Under the pieces are notes generated by a model that did not search any database, was not told where the DNA came from, and saw only the letters and a program-made list of their open reading frames with translations. Below are positions 12,801 through 26,735 of a DNA stretch of 64,000 nt, in pieces (the stretch's first letter is position 1; each line of letters starts with the position of its first letter). The stretch is taken from positions 40,548,001 through 40,612,000 of the forward strand of contig NC_086376.1 in the NCBI RefSeq assembly GCF_036588685.1, read 5' to 3'. This DNA comes from Mytilus trossulus. Its lineage: Eukaryota. A program made the translations under genes and the position numbers.

Positions 12801-13170
12801 ATATCTAATCTGTCCTTAAAACTTAGGCTGAATAATAGTTTATGAAAATAACTTCCATGCTTCCTTGTTATAATTCAAACTCAAATTATCATCAAACAAG
12901 AAGTGACTGTCAAGCAGACATGTTACAAACATGTGGTTACAACTCAAAAGTTCCAAACTATATTTTAAATCTTTCAATAATACAGATGTTGAGATATATG
13001 TAATCCAAGTTATAAATTTATGAACACCTGAATGTTTGAACATACAAACAGACTTAATGAATGCAGTACACCACCCATTCTGTGTCAAGAATTTGGTAGT
13101 ATTTACAATCAAAGCAAGCTTGTCCACCAGTGTTTCTATTCTGTATTCATTATCTAAATGAAGAAATCCA

Positions 13171-14227
13171 TTTTTGTCAAGCCTGCGACTTTTGTCGCAG
13201 AAAGCTCGACAGGGATAGTGATCCAGCGGCGGTGGCGGCTACGGCTACGGAGGTGGCAGCTCACTTCTTAAAAGCTTTATATTTTAGAAGGTGGAAGACC
13301 TGGATGCTTCATACTTTGTAAGTGGATGCCTCATGTTACGAAGTTTCTGTCAGTCAAGTGTCCAATGTCCTTGACCCCATTTTCATGGTTCAGGGACTAC
13401 TTGAAAAAAAAGTTAAGATTTTTTGTAATGTTAAATTCTCTCTTATTATAAGTAATAGGATAACTCTATTTGATATGTGCGTACCTTGCAAGGTCCTCAT
13501 ACCCATCAGACAGTTTTTTACTTGACATCGACCTCATTTCATGGATCAGTGAACAAGGTTAAGTTTTGGTGGTCAAGTCCATATCTCAGATACTATAAGC
13601 AGTAGGTCTAGTATATTCGATGTATGGAAGCGTTGTAAGGTGTACATGTCCAACTGGCAGGTGTCATCTGACCTTGACCTCATTTTCATGGTTCAGTGGT
13701 TATATTTCAGTTTTTGTGTTTTGGTCTGTTTTTCTTATTCTGTATGTAATAGGTCTACTATATTTGGTGTATGAAATGATTGTACAGTGTACATGTCTAG
13801 CTGGCAGGTGTCATCTGACCTTGACCTCATTTTCATGGTTGAATGGTCAAAGTTAAGTTTTTGAGTTTTGGTCTTTTTTTCTAATACTAGGTGTATGGAA
13901 ATATTTTATGATCTATATGTCAGTGGCACAGGTTTTATTTGACCTTGACCTCATTTTCACGGTTCATTGCTCTGTGTTAAGTTTTTGTGTTTTAGTCTTA
14001 AACTATAAGCAATAGGTCAACTATATTTGTTGTTTGGAAGCATTGTTAGCTGTACATGTCTGCCTTGCATGGTTGATCTGACCTTGACTTCATTTTCATG
14101 GTTCAAAGGTCAATGTTTAGTTTTCTTGGTTTATGTGACAGTTGTAATAAAGCTTTATATTTAGGACTTTCAACATAATATCAATGATTAGTAAAGAAGG
14201 CGAAACATTTCAGTGTGTGCACTCTTG
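13171..14227 (+). mobile_element. HINE family B with internal tandem repeats
   Basis: TTTTTGTC(A/G)AGCCTGC start, inverted AGCTCGACA, (GGC)n, repeats of about 135-155 bp carrying TGACCTTGACCTCATTTTCATGG, 3' hairpin AGTG-TGTG-CACT then CTTG; homologous to 35276-36350 and 41125-41928. Confidence 0.8.
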
Positions 14228-14952
14228 CTCATAAAAATGACAAAAACAACTTCTGATTTTGTGTATAGATTTAATCAGTAAATTCAGTGAAACATCAGAT
14301 AATACTGACCTCAATAACAACAAAAGCATCATGCCAATTTAAATTCATTCAATAGAAAAATACATCCAAACATTTTACAATATGCATGCACAAAGATATG
14401 GATGGAACAATAAACTGTGAAAAAAATTGATGATGATCAACCAAATCTGTTATCTAGAATAAAAGATGAAAGGAATACAGTGTGTCCTGTCTCATCTGGC
14501 TGGCAACAGGCAGCAAAGTTCTAGACTTTCAGTAGACTTGTGATCATAGACATCTACATAAATGATACATTTTCTATACTATTGTTATATGCCTGAAATG
14601 TCTAAAGATGGCAGGAATCTTATAATAAAAAGAGGAACAACTTGTATTCCATTTATTACTGTGCATGGACGTCCTGAAAATAAGTTTACTACAGACACAT
14701 AAAATATTTTTTAAATTTTAGTCCTTTTTCTAAGAAATTATGTCAAATGGAGGAGGATTTTTTTTCAATCAAACGGCCAGAAATTGAATGGAATAATACA
14801 ATTAAAAATAAAAATTACCATTAAAATATAAAAATAAAGGGAAAAAATATCAGGTAGACAGAGGCAAGAATATAAAACTTAATTCAATTTGGCTTCATAA
14901 GATTTTCCATACAAAATTTAACATGCTAATAAACAGTCATGTAAATCCTCAA

Positions 14953-15503
14953 GGAGGCTCGCGGGTAGAAAAATTTCAGCAAAAAAATAGCAGTTGTTTT
15001 TTTCATTAAATTTTTTATTTATTACACTATTAGTTATTATCTTCTGATATGGTACAAAATCAACTGAAAAAATGGTTAATGTTTGGACCCAGATGACTGT
15101 AAATATCTTTATATAACTGAAAAAGCTCCAAATTATCTCCCTTTGGTACAAAAATGCAATTTTTTGCATTAAGATTGAAATATCTTTTTTAACTCATAGG
15201 TCACCTATATTTCTTATTGTTGTTTTGAAATAAGCTGTACATAACCTAAATAACCGTAAAATTTAAGTGATTTCTGTAGTTTAGTTCTTTTTTTATTTCG
15301 ATATTACCTCTATTTCTCCTATTAGTTCAACAGAAAAAAAAGACTTCAATAAAAATGTATGCTTCTTTCGGAGGCAGATAGTGAGTTTAAATGAAAGGTG
15401 ACCCCATTTTTTTATTACAATTTTCTATTTAGTATATGATAAAGTTCATTTATCAAAAAACATAGCAAAATCTTTTTTTTTATTTTTTACCCGCGAACCC
15501 CCC
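14953..15503. mobile_element. Kolobok-like MITE, family A (reverse orientation)
   Basis: GGAGGCTCGCGGGT ... ACCCGCGAACCCCCC-TTAA; reverse complement of 3064-4063 without the nested HINE. Confidence 0.75.
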
Positions 15504-17087
15504 TTAAAATGCCAATTTTTATCACACATAACCAGCACAATTTTAATATGAAAATAACATTGAATGGTGCACTGCTATGTCATGTGTTGATTCATCTTCA
15601 CTCTATCAAATGTATTTCACATCACATCAATAAATCATGTCGTAGATATTTAAAATAGTTAATATATATTGTACTATTTAATCTGTTAAATAGCCAATCC
15701 CCCCTTTTTCCATAAAATTACATGTAATAACATCTCAAATTTCAATATGCAAGACAATAAATATACACACATCTACTGTCTTTACAAAAAGACCAAGATA
15801 TTCATTGAAATAAAATTAGAGATTCAAAACAACCTTTTTCAAAATAAATGCAAAATATTTGTACCAGTAAATTCCACCTATATGTCAGCTTAATTCAACT
15901 GAAGTCATTTCACACCTCTATTGGTGTTATATAAGAACTGTAACATTTAAAAAAAACCAATATATCAACTCAAATTTACTAAATCATTTCATACACAAAA
16001 TAAGATAAAAAATATTGCAGCTGATATGTGACAACAAAATGAAAGGGAACTTATCATAAATAAACAAACAATAAAAATACAACAAATAAAAATACAACAA
16101 TGACTGAAAGTCTATCAAAACACAGATCAACACTTCTGAATGATAGATCTTCTTGTTCATTCCAGAAACAGTTCTGAGATTATACAAGTTTTACTGTTAA
16201 TCTACCTAAGAGTGACAAGTCTCCTTTTCTGTATAAAAATGTATTAAAAAAACCAACTTAAAACAAGCAGATTCATTAGTAAATAATTCCTTCGTTTATC
16301 AATTCAATAGAGGTAAAAACAATCTTAATATTTGTAAATGTGTTATTTCTGATTTTGTTAGCACTTATCTTCATCTTCCATTATTACAAATTTAACTTGA
16401 CTATCCTATGTATTTGAAACATGTTAGAGAACTTTTTTCTGGAGTAGATTAATGGTAAATAAATGAAGTCAATAAGTTGTACAAGTATGAAAGATACAAC
16501 CTTCATTAAAACAAAAATAAATAAACAAATGTTTACAGTTAGGATAAGCTGAGAAAGAACTGAATATCATAATTCGGAAAATTATTGCTACATGTATGTG
16601 ATGTAATAAGTTGCTGCTTTCAAATTACATGAATCAATATCAATTGTCAAATATTCAAATTTTAGTATATAAAAATTAATTACAAATATCTTTTCCAAAC
16701 TTAATCTATCTTTTAATGATTTTATGAGTATGGTGGGATGTGGCTATTTGATTGATACAACTTATTGTAAATTCTCTACAAAATATTGAAAATTACAATA
16801 TTCCTTAAAAATTCTAAGTTTCATTCACAAAATGGCAGGCTAGGATGAATTCAGGTATTCACACATATTTGAAATTAATGCATTCTAATAAAATCAAATT
16901 GTTACAACAAAAATGAAAATCATAGCAAATCTTCAAGTAGATAAACTCCTTGCCATTTTGTTATAGACATTCCTACTTTTTACAGTGATTAAGAGAAACT
17001 CTCTTATACAATCCTCTAAACAACCACTGCCTAGTTTATAAGAAGCAATGAGTACTGAGTACTATCTTTTTAATTAATGCATACTAG

Positions 17088-17340
17088 GGTGGTACCTAAC
17101 ACTACAGGGAGATAACTCTGTAAAATTCAGCTAAATGTTTTAATCACATTGATTTGTTAAGGAAATATTAAAAGCTTCTCAATGATCAAAATCAGTGTTT
17201 GTCAAACTACTATATATCCAATGAAATTTTTCCAAGAAAGTGTGTGTTTTTTTGAAATTTTCATATTTTTGTCAAAGGATCAAAGTTTTATGAAAATGAT
17301 ACAAGCCAAATTAATTTTAGTAAAGGTTTTTGGTACCACC
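17088..17340. mobile_element. Short Kolobok-like MITE
   Basis: GGTGGTACC ... GGTACCACC-TTAA termini. Confidence 0.55.
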
Positions 17341-18041
17341 TTAAGTTAAAAAATATAATGCATTAATCTTGGGTACTCTGTACTTGAATAGGTACATTTT
17401 CGTGGAGTAGATAGGATTGTCGTTTATTAGCTAGACTAACATAACAACTATCATACAGGAAAATATTGATAAGTTTACAGGTCTATTCCAAGGATAATAT
17501 CCTCATCTAAACAGAAAACTGATTCAGATTACTTCTCACAACAAAACATATAACTAACTCCATTACTTCAATTTTGATTTCAAATCTCAACATAAAAAAA
17601 CATTAAAAAAAAAATATTCCTCAGAAGCAGATCTTTTTACATTTTTATACTGATTATAATATATGTGACTTGTAACTGGAAATCCTTCATCATGTTCTTA
17701 AAGTCAAGTACATTTTCTTTAAATGATTAACAGTTCAAAATAGGACCAAAAAAAACCTTCAAAATTTAACTTTTCTTATTAAGTTACACTGTAAAGGAAA
17801 TAACTTTTACTTTGTGCTCAAATAAATCAGTATTATTTTTAGTGGTGAAATAAAACATTACTAGATAAAGGATCCATAAAATTGAAAATATTAAATTTCC
17901 ACTAATTACACCAACATAAATTTTAGAATGACAAACATTTTGTCTAAAATTTCAATTCTTCACCCAAACCATGAAGAAAATTAAAAATCCCAAATGCACT
18001 GTTCCAAATCTCCGAACCAGCAGAGATGAATCATCATAACA

Positions 18042-21000
18042 TTATTGTAGCGAACATAGAGAACTTTTCTGCGGTTTATTTGTGACAGGTTTAGCCGAAG
18101 CTTCGTTCTTATATTGTACAATTTCTGCCTTGATCACTTTCTGATGTTGTTCTACTTCAGGCTTAGTCAGTTTTATACCAAGTATGTCTGCTGCTACTCG
18201 TTGAAAACACAGAGACACCTGGAAATATATATTTATAATTTTCAAAAAATATTCTTGAACATGACTTTTATCAAAAATTTTCCTCATTAAACTAAAAATT
18301 TAAATGTACAGATAAGTGGTAGAAATCAAGTAATTTTAAAAACATGGATTCACTGTTCACATACGAAAAGAATTGTGTGTTGTGCTGCAGGAAAAAACCC
18401 ATCTATATAACATTCTTTATTCTTGTTATTTAGTGAAATGATGATAGTCACATACTATGGAAAAACGAAATGGCCAGTTAGCTCATCTGTTGGTAATTAC
18501 TTTAAGTGTTTCTATTAATACAAGGAAAGTATGTTTGCTGTGTGTTGTTCTCTCTCAAACTGCTCTAAAAATTCAGAGTTTCATTGTTCATAAATCATGT
18601 TTTTAATTTATGTGTATGGTTTCTGGCTTTTTTTTTTCATTTGTGCCCTGTTAATGTTTAACATTTTTTCTATATTTCTACAATCTATTATATATTTGAA
18701 AAGAAAAAACACAGTTCATGCCATCTCTTTTTTTTTATAGACTGTTTGGACATAGACATGATAACTTAAAAACCTGTTATAAATACTTACAGAATCTCCC
18801 GTTTTAGCGGAGACAAAATGACTTGACATTCCTTTTTCCTGAGCAAACTTTTGATGCTTATCGATTTTCACAGTTCTCATGTGTTCTAAATCAACTGTAG
18901 AAAAAAAATTAGTTATGTTTATATAAGTTTTTACTCAATAATTTTCTTTTGCATATATTTCATAAAAGTATAAAACACAATGTAGAAATCTATATTATAG
19001 CAATGTACTTTTAAAAAACAATAGTAAGTTATGCAGAGACTTATCATATCCAACATTTCCTTTATAAACGGTATGTATATTACATCAAAAAGTTTGTGCA
19101 GTTAATAATATAATTATTTCTTCCAGTACATATTTATGTGCTCATCAACATGAGGAGACTACTCAGTGATAGTCATCTGCTTTGATTTGTTCAAAATTCG
19201 GTGTTTAAGATGTCAAATCTTTAATTGTCCATTTGTTTGAGTTTATATTATGACCTTTTTTTAGGGGCTAGCTGAAGGACTCCACCGGGTGCAGGTGTTT
19301 CTTGCTTCATTGAAGACCAATTGGTGGCCTTTCGGCTTTTTATCTGCTCTATGGTCGGGTTGTAGGCTCTTTGACACATTCCCCATTTCCATTCTCAATT
19401 TTATTAATTGACATTTATCATTCTAATCATATGCTGTTGGGCTATTTTATCACAGATTTTCCTTTAAATACTTTTAAAATCTTTAAAGCATTTAGTCTTT
19501 AAAAAGAACAGTTTACTTACTTTTATTTCCAACTAAAGCTACATGAGGCAATTTTGTTTCTTTTCCAAATACTTTCTTCAGTGATGAATACCAATCATCT
19601 AAATTTTCAAAGCTTGCATAACTTGTAATATCATAAACTAACACGATACCCTGAAATACAGAAGAACAGGCTTTTCATTTATTTTCAAAATTGATTCACA
19701 ATATAATATATGAAAAGACAAGTTGTGACCAGGATAATTCTATTCCAGGATGCTTATGTTTTCAGAATCATGTTTAAAAAAAAAAAAAAAATCTGACACA
19801 AATAATGCATGATCTGTCTTACTTCCCCTTGTAATTCTGTTTGGAAATTGCCACCTAAATCTGAGAAATTACATATGTAGGTATGTGTAAAATACTTCAA
19901 TGCCAAACACCAAGTTTTCATCTTTGACTTAAAAGTGGATGATCAGAAAGGTTGGCAAAAAAATAAATCAAGATGACAACCAATAAAATTATCTCCCCTT
20001 TAATCTTAAAAAAAACTGTAAACCACCCTACTTTTGCAAGTGAGTACAAATCATTGGCATGTGTTAATCTTGAATCTTCTCTAATAAACAAACAAAGATA
20101 GAAAATTGAAAATGAATCCAAGGATATTCAACAAGAAAGGACTAACCATGAGATAAAGTATAAGTTATTCTTTTAAAAGTCTCTTCAATGATAAGTATTA
20201 ATAAGAGCAAACTTTGCTCCCTTAAAAGTTAAAATATCCATGACATGTATGTACATTTAAACTTACATGTGATCCAAATATGTAGTTTTCTAACATTTTA
20301 CCACCTAATGTCTGTCCACCTATATCCCATACTTGTAAAGCTACATGAACATTTCCTAAAACAAATACAATTTATTTATAGATTGTCATACATTTAAATA
20401 AATAAAAGTAAAACTAAAGTTTAAAATTAACCTACAACTTATATGGTAAAAAATAGATTATAAATGTAATAAAAGAATATTTGACTTTATTAAATAAAGA
20501 ATACCAGTTGAGGGATGAATCAATTTCTAAATTTTTCAATGAAAAGTAATTTAAATGTTATGATTTTATAAAATTCCATTCATTCATGGATTTAACAAGC
20601 TTAAAAATTATAATGTAAATTCAGAAATTAAATGCATGGGTTTATCCATCAATTTGGATCTGTGAAAAAAAGTTGAGTTTATTAGTATATATTGTGTATT
20701 ATATTTCTGTCTGTAAAACAAGAGATAAAATAGTTAGATGCTAACATTCTGTATGCAGATACATGTAATCATCTAAGCAGAATTTTGTATTTCTACTAAT
20801 ATAACTGTGCAAGGAACTGCTTCCCCATTATCCACATAATTGCAATAACTATCCATAATTTGATATAAAGGATGACAAGTCATTTTATCTTTCATTAATA
20901 TGACTACATTAGGTAGACATTAACTAGAGAAAATCCAAATGGAAAATTGAATAATTGCAATATTTTTCCTGTGATTTTTTTGACACTGCCTTTATTTTCA

Positions 21001-24000
21001 CATTCATAGTGGTAAAACTGCTAATTTAATATGAAGTACTTAAATGAAATACTTGTGTATTAGACACCAAATTTCATGCATTAAAACCCTTTCAATTTAT
21101 TTGTCAATTTTTTATCAACCTTATTCAACAAATACCTGGTAAAACTATTCTTTTCAAGAAAAAGTCAATTCCAACTGTCTGTTTATACTGCCTTCCAAAC
21201 TGTTCTTGTGCATATCTAGTAGCAAGAGATGTCTGTAATGTGAAAGAAAAGTACTCCTTTAGTTAATACTCAAAAAAGCTAATTTTAAAATGTAAGTTGC
21301 ACAAAAGTATCAAAGTCAATAAGTGGACCATGATTACACGAACAGGGCTTAATAATAATAGTGTAATTTTTGATTTTATAAAAATGGATAATTACCACGT
21401 GAATCACTGTTTACATTTACTCGGAAGAAATTGTTCTGAGTATTCTTTATTTTGATTGGTTAATTTGTTACCTGGATACAGGACACTCTTATATATTTCT
21501 GTGTTTCGGGATTCACGGTACATTTGAAATTTTTTGTTGAAATTATTTATATAGAGATTTTCTTATGTGAGAAGCCTGGTAATTCAATGTATAATTTCTA
21601 AAGAGATGAGATGTGCCTGTGACAATGCTCAGGGTTCTCGCTAAGGATTTTTGAAGGCGAGTCCAGGGAGTCGTCATTTTTAGCCATGATGAGTCCAACA
21701 GAAAGAAGAAAATATTTTATTGCATTATAATGTAATATTTTAGTCTCCATTTCCTAACAGAGCAATGAAATGACGTTAAATTCAGATCACTTTTAAACTT
21801 TTGCTATAAAATGCAAATATTTGTGTTTAACTGTGTTCAGTTTATACAAAATGTTTCAATCTTGATGCATCTGTGGACTCACCAGTTTTGAAAATGGTGA
21901 GTCCAGACAGATTTTGATGAGTCCAGGACTCATGGACTTGCCTTAGTGAGATATATTATTATTATGCTACGTGTACTACAACTGCATATCAAATACATGT
22001 AGCATTAACTTAGCATAAGTGGTTCCTGTTTAACTGACTTAATAACAAACTCAATTGTTGCATCACATACATACATGTATCACTATGAGGCCACAATTAA
22101 AAATATTTTGGTTTGCCCAAACCCTACCCAAAGGTTGAGACAGTGGGTAGGTACTTAGGTAGGCATTTTCTTTTTTTTTCAAAAAGAAAAATTGAAGTAT
22201 CGGGTGTTAATTATTAGTCTTCATGCCTATCTGATTAAAAAAACCTTCTTCAAATCAGGACAAAAAAAGAATTTGAGGCAGTTTTTTCTGGGTAGGTAGT
22301 GTTTGGGCAAACAAACTTATTCTTTTTTATGGCCTGACAGATGCTATAAATTTCACAAATACATATACTTTTTACTTCCAAGACTTTGTCTTAGGAGAGA
22401 TCGGAATAAAATAAATGTCTATGTAAATTGTAAAGAAGGACTTTTTATTTGTATACCTAATCTTCTGGTGCATATTTAGACAATACAACCCAAGGCATGC
22501 AGTATCTTTAACATATTTAGATTAGTTAATTTAAAGGACAATTGATTATTTATAAAATTGTCTTGTTCATTATTGATTGTGACCCACACATGTATGTCAT
22601 GTATGTATTCTTCTGACCATTTTGTTTGCTTTTCCTTGTTAATTAATGTTTATCAAATTTAACATTATTGATTCTTTTTTTATTTCAAAAATCAATTCAT
22701 TTTTTACAAATTAGTTAAAACTTCATTACCGTAAAGTTAAACAATTGTTTGCAGTTCTCTTTATAAAGTTATAGTCTGTTTAAGATCTGCATATTGACTT
22801 AGATTTTACAAATTAATCAATACTTTAAGTTTAACAATTTTTTGCTGTACAAAATGATAAATTGGTACTGGTTAATTAATACATGTACATAAATGTTCAA
22901 TATATAAGAAGTCACATCTTAAGTTTTACAGTAAAACTTTTATGTTTGTCTTGAAAAAAGTAATTGATTGTTTGCCTTACATGTACATGTATAAAAGCTT
23001 GATGAACACCAAAATGTACTGTAAAATCAAAAAAGATGTTCCCATAGCTAGGTTAAAGTATATCGAAATCACTAAATAAGCAGTTTTTTTCTCTCTTTTT
23101 TCATCATTGTATGTTTGGATTGGTTGATTCATAATTGTTATTCATTACAGCCAATTGTGATTTGTAGAAGAAGATGTACATGTAGTAACAAGGCCTCTGC
23201 AATATTTGCCCATATACATGTATATATATATATATCTGTTAAAAAAAATAATACCCTTTCACATGAAAACAGGCAATCCTTGTACATGCTACATGTTCTA
23301 GTAAATTAAGAGTGGAGTCAAACTCCTCTTGTAAAGAATAAAAAGGAATGTGGTGACTATACAATGTACTTATGTGAAACAGTAATCGATCATTTTTTAT
23401 AGAAAAAAAATGAATACAACTTTTTTAATAGTATATAAATGTAATACAGTTTGGAGATCAGGAATTATTCAGATATTAACTTAATCCTGTTTGTAAAACA
23501 TTATTTTTTAGGCTGTTATGTCCCAGATTTTCTGTTTTTGATGCTGAATAAAACAGGAAAAAGATTTTCAATGGCAGACAAACTGGATTTTAGTGTACAT
23601 GAACTTAAAGATCAAGTATGTACAATGTACATGTATGTACTTCAAGATTACGCCAATTTAGACGCACCCCTTGATTGACTGCAATACAGCAGATCCACTC
23701 ACTAAGGATTAATGGAGATGTGTCCTTTACAATATTTTCCCACCACCAGAACAATCCCCACCCAAGGGTGCAGGACACCGTGAAGTCTGTTACATGTATT
23801 ATGGTGGAGGAAACCGAAGTACTCGGAGAGAACCACCGGGCCAGTCTGTGGAAACAGACAAACCAGAGAGATATCAGAAGATTGAAAAACATGAAACATG
23901 TCAAAATTTGTGCAAAATTATATGTACAAAATTTTTAGCTAATGACAGTTATTTGACCTTTATCAAATGTGTGTTATGACTCAGTCTGCCATAGAAAAAA

Positions 24001-24417
24001 TAAATTGAAGCTTAAGATTAATATTTGAGTAGTTACTTTGTTTACTTTTACTTTTATGTGTGATTAAGAGTTTTTCTGAGCTATCAGAAGAAGATATTGA
24101 GTGATCAGATTTATATTTTTTATGATCTGATTTTATGTTTTTATGTGTTCAACTGTTCAAGGAAGTGATACACGAAATGTGGGTTACAATAAATATTTTA
24201 TGGAGTATGCTTTATTCAGTTTTACAATCACAAAAACAAACTTTTCATTGTTTCCTGTTTAACAGATATATATATGCCTTATATCCTTGACACGTTTTAT
24301 GTATTCTCGGTTGCTAAACACAACACTGATGGAATGTTTTACCTTTCCTGAAGCACCATCTCCCATAATAACAATTTTGAGCTGTTTGTCAGGTGCTTCA
24401 TCTTCTGAGTCCGACAT
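18042..24417 (-). CDS. RAB28: Ras-related protein Rab-28 (223 aa, 6 coding exons)
   Basis: Exons 24417-24343, 21232-21136, 20355-20267, 19650-19521, 18894-18791, 18218-18042; all GT-AG and phase-compatible (672 nt). [27 protein letters not shown]...[10 protein letters not shown]...[13 protein letters not shown]...LVGNKID...VSAKTG...SSLCSLQ*. GDGASGKT, DIGGQ and a terminal CAAX motif are Rab28 hallmarks. Confidence 0.96.
19255..19405 (+). repeat. Dispersed retroposon-like fragment in RAB28 intron
   Basis: GC-richer block ending GACACATTCCCCATTTCCATTCTCAATTTTATT that resembles a mussel repeat tail as I recall it; single copy in this window. Confidence 0.35.
21629..21950. mobile_element. hAT-like MITE fragment
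   Basis: CAGGGTTCTCGCTAAGG start with inverted CCTTAGTGAGA at about 21941; internal GAGTCC repeats. Confidence 0.5.
22089..22334. mobile_element. PIF/Harbinger-like MITE
   Basis: TGA-GGCCACAA ... TTATGGCC-TGA (3-bp TSD), with internal inverted GTTTGCCCAAAC/GTTTGGGCAAAC. Confidence 0.6.
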
Positions 24418-24970
24418 ATTGAACAAAAATCAAACAATTTAGACTATAAAAACAGGGATTATTTCTATTTAATCATGTTTTACTCCTGTATTTACATCTA
24501 CGGTCAGGTCACCCAGGTCTTTCTGTCAGATTAATGCTTGAACTTTTACCTTCTATTTCTGCTTCTAACAAGCGTTCTGTTGACAGGAATGTACCGAAAA
24601 TAATTAAGGGCACCCTACAGGGGATTTGATGTAAGAAGAAACGCCTGTATAGAAATGCTGCAAATAAGTTATGCTTGCACATATTATCTATTGCAATTTT
24701 AAAAGATAAATACGAAAGAACGATATTTTTCACATTTTATACTCTATAAAAGACTTTTCATTCTTCCGGAATTAAATTATCCGGATTTTGTCCTAAATTA
24801 TCATAACATTGTACCACGTGACTTGACAGGAAGTGCCCGTATCGTCACAACATTGACATTTATTATTATGAAATTGAAAATGCTTTGTATTTAGACAGGC
24901 TTTAATTCTGTTTACAAAATACCTACAGCTTTCAAATAAAGACCAAGGAAAAAAGGTCATCCATAGGTAA
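24418..24970. promoter_or_regulatory. Probable bidirectional promoter of RAB28 and GOLGA7
   Basis: Divergent genes; local CpG enrichment; E-box CACGTGAC (24815-24822), ETS-like CAGGAAGTG (24827-24835), TTCCGG; candidate non-coding exon donor AG/GTAAAT at about 24967. Confidence 0.5.
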
Positions 24971-25828
24971 ATTCATATCAAGCTATATTTCTAGTCGAGG
25001 TTGTATATTCACCCAAAACCTCTTATTTTTGATAAATTTGACAGGATTTTTGTGCTTTCGAGACGATTCGTACACAACCTGTTCGGCCACAACACCATTT
25101 CGGCCATAGATGAAACGGCAGAACTCAAAACATTTGATGGCCATACTGGTGTTATGTTGCAATAGATAACCAACCATATTTCGTATAAAAAACTTATACA
25201 CCTTATAATGTCTGCCATCTCTGTACATCACAAAAGATCTCTTAAATTGTAATAGAAAATATCTGACACCACAATGTAAAAGTGATAGTTTTCTGCTGTT
25301 TAAAGTTCAAGCTGGACAAATTTCCAAAAAGCAATCAGGTGTACATGTATATGAGGAAGGCATTGGCATTAGCAATTTTCTGTGAAAGGTGCAAAGTCTG
25401 TATGATTTTTTTTTAATTGAAACAAATTTCAACGAATGTATGCTGTTTCGTAACCTGATTGTTGTAAACCTTTGTGATTTGTAACAACGTTAATTTTTAA
25501 CTGAGACGTTCGTGTCTAGTGTAATTATATTTGGTTATAAAGTGTTAGTTTAAATTAATAGACCAATTGGAGTTCATCCGTCACCAGGAAAAAAACCTTA
25601 TCAATTATGCATGCCTTAATGATGTCAATAACCAGTTAGAGGGTCGCCTGTATTTGTTTTGTAGGTCCTATAATTACTAATTACAATTCCCTAATGACAG
25701 CAGTGTTGATTGTCAATTAATAGAATTTCATTTGCTGAATGATTCCTGCAATATAACATTATAGTTTACCCGGCAATGCATTGAATTCGAAAGTTGTCTA
25801 TTAGTTTAAATGAAACAGTTAAATTTAC

Positions 25829-26085
25829 TATTTAAGGAATGACTGTAATATTTTTTTCTGTCTATGAAGAAATAACATAACAAATTTGGAGAACGCTGAA
25901 TAACGCGTGCACCAAATTTTTTATGTTATTTCGAATAGACAGAAAAAATATTACAGTCATTTCTTATAAATTAATTCTAATTTCCATTTTAAACCGTAGA
26001 AAAACGTTGATGAAGTCACGGTCACATGACAAAATTATGTCAGCCAATCAGAAGACGTGTTACATCCAAAATTAAATTATTTATA
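25829..26085. mobile_element. Short element ending in a hairpin (Crypton-like, inferred)
   Basis: TATTTAAGGAATGACTGTAATA start with an imperfect hairpin of about 60-bp arms to about 25965; same terminal TATTTAAG(A/G)AAT as 5951-6889. Confidence 0.5.
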
Positions 26086-26624
26086 AATGGTCAAATTAAT
26101 CATTTAATAATAACAGTATTGTAATATTTTTATTTTAATTCAACTTTCTTAAATCTTTTTAATTATTGGCTAATTGGAAATTATGGTCAGTGACAGCTTT
26201 AATAGTTTTATGACAACTAATGACAGGTAATAAAAAGTAATTGTAGCTTAGTATGTGTAAAGTGATTAAGTTGATGAAAGGCACATTACCTATGAATCTA
26301 AGTTACTGTCACTGAAAAGGTTTGGTCTGCCAATAAGTATATCTGGCAAGCTTAACACCGAACCTGTGTTGGAGTCACTGTCACTGAAAATGTTTGGTCT
26401 GCCAACAATTGTATACATGTATAGTGAGCGTAACATCAGACCTGTGTCTGAGTCATTGAAATGGGCTACATCATGTACATGTGTGGCCGGTCTCTGTGAG
26501 ACTAAATCATGATCTGATTAGAATCACTGTATGCTACAAAACTTAGTGCCAGGTATAGGTTGTTGCTCAGTTGGTAAGGGTTGGTCTACAATAATGTAGT
26601 TAGAAAAACAATATTGGCCTATGC

Positions 26625-26735
26625 TTTGACCGCTTTTCTGTATGCATCCCTGGTCAAGCCTGTGTGGCATGTACAATCGGAGAGCCTCTTGGTGGGGTCT
26701 GATGAAAGTCTTGCATTCAATGCAGAAGTCCATCA
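26625..26735 (-). pseudogene. Relic PHD-finger N-terminus, probably of a MULE-type transposase
   Basis: MDFCIECKTFIRPHQEAL, then deletion/frameshift, then CHTGLTRDAYRKAVK; fits the CxxC..RPRQEAL[QCDxC..WQH]RxC.TGI.R..YR.AV pattern recalled from invertebrate transposon proteins. Confidence 0.45.

Noticed and set aside
13130-13856. ORFs 13130-13321, 13322-13525, 13620-13856 and the similar 35699-36001
   Set aside because: Chance frames within HINE family B; the shared peptide reflects the DNA tandem unit.
23451-23979. Cluster of overlapping 60-100 aa ORFs in RAB28 intron 1
   Set aside because: No recognisable domain; overlaps a SINE fragment and reflects locally higher GC.
24310-24324. RFX X-box (GTTGCTAAACACAAC) near the ciliary gene RAB28
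   Set aside because: Only one half-site fits the consensus; not supportable without conservation data.
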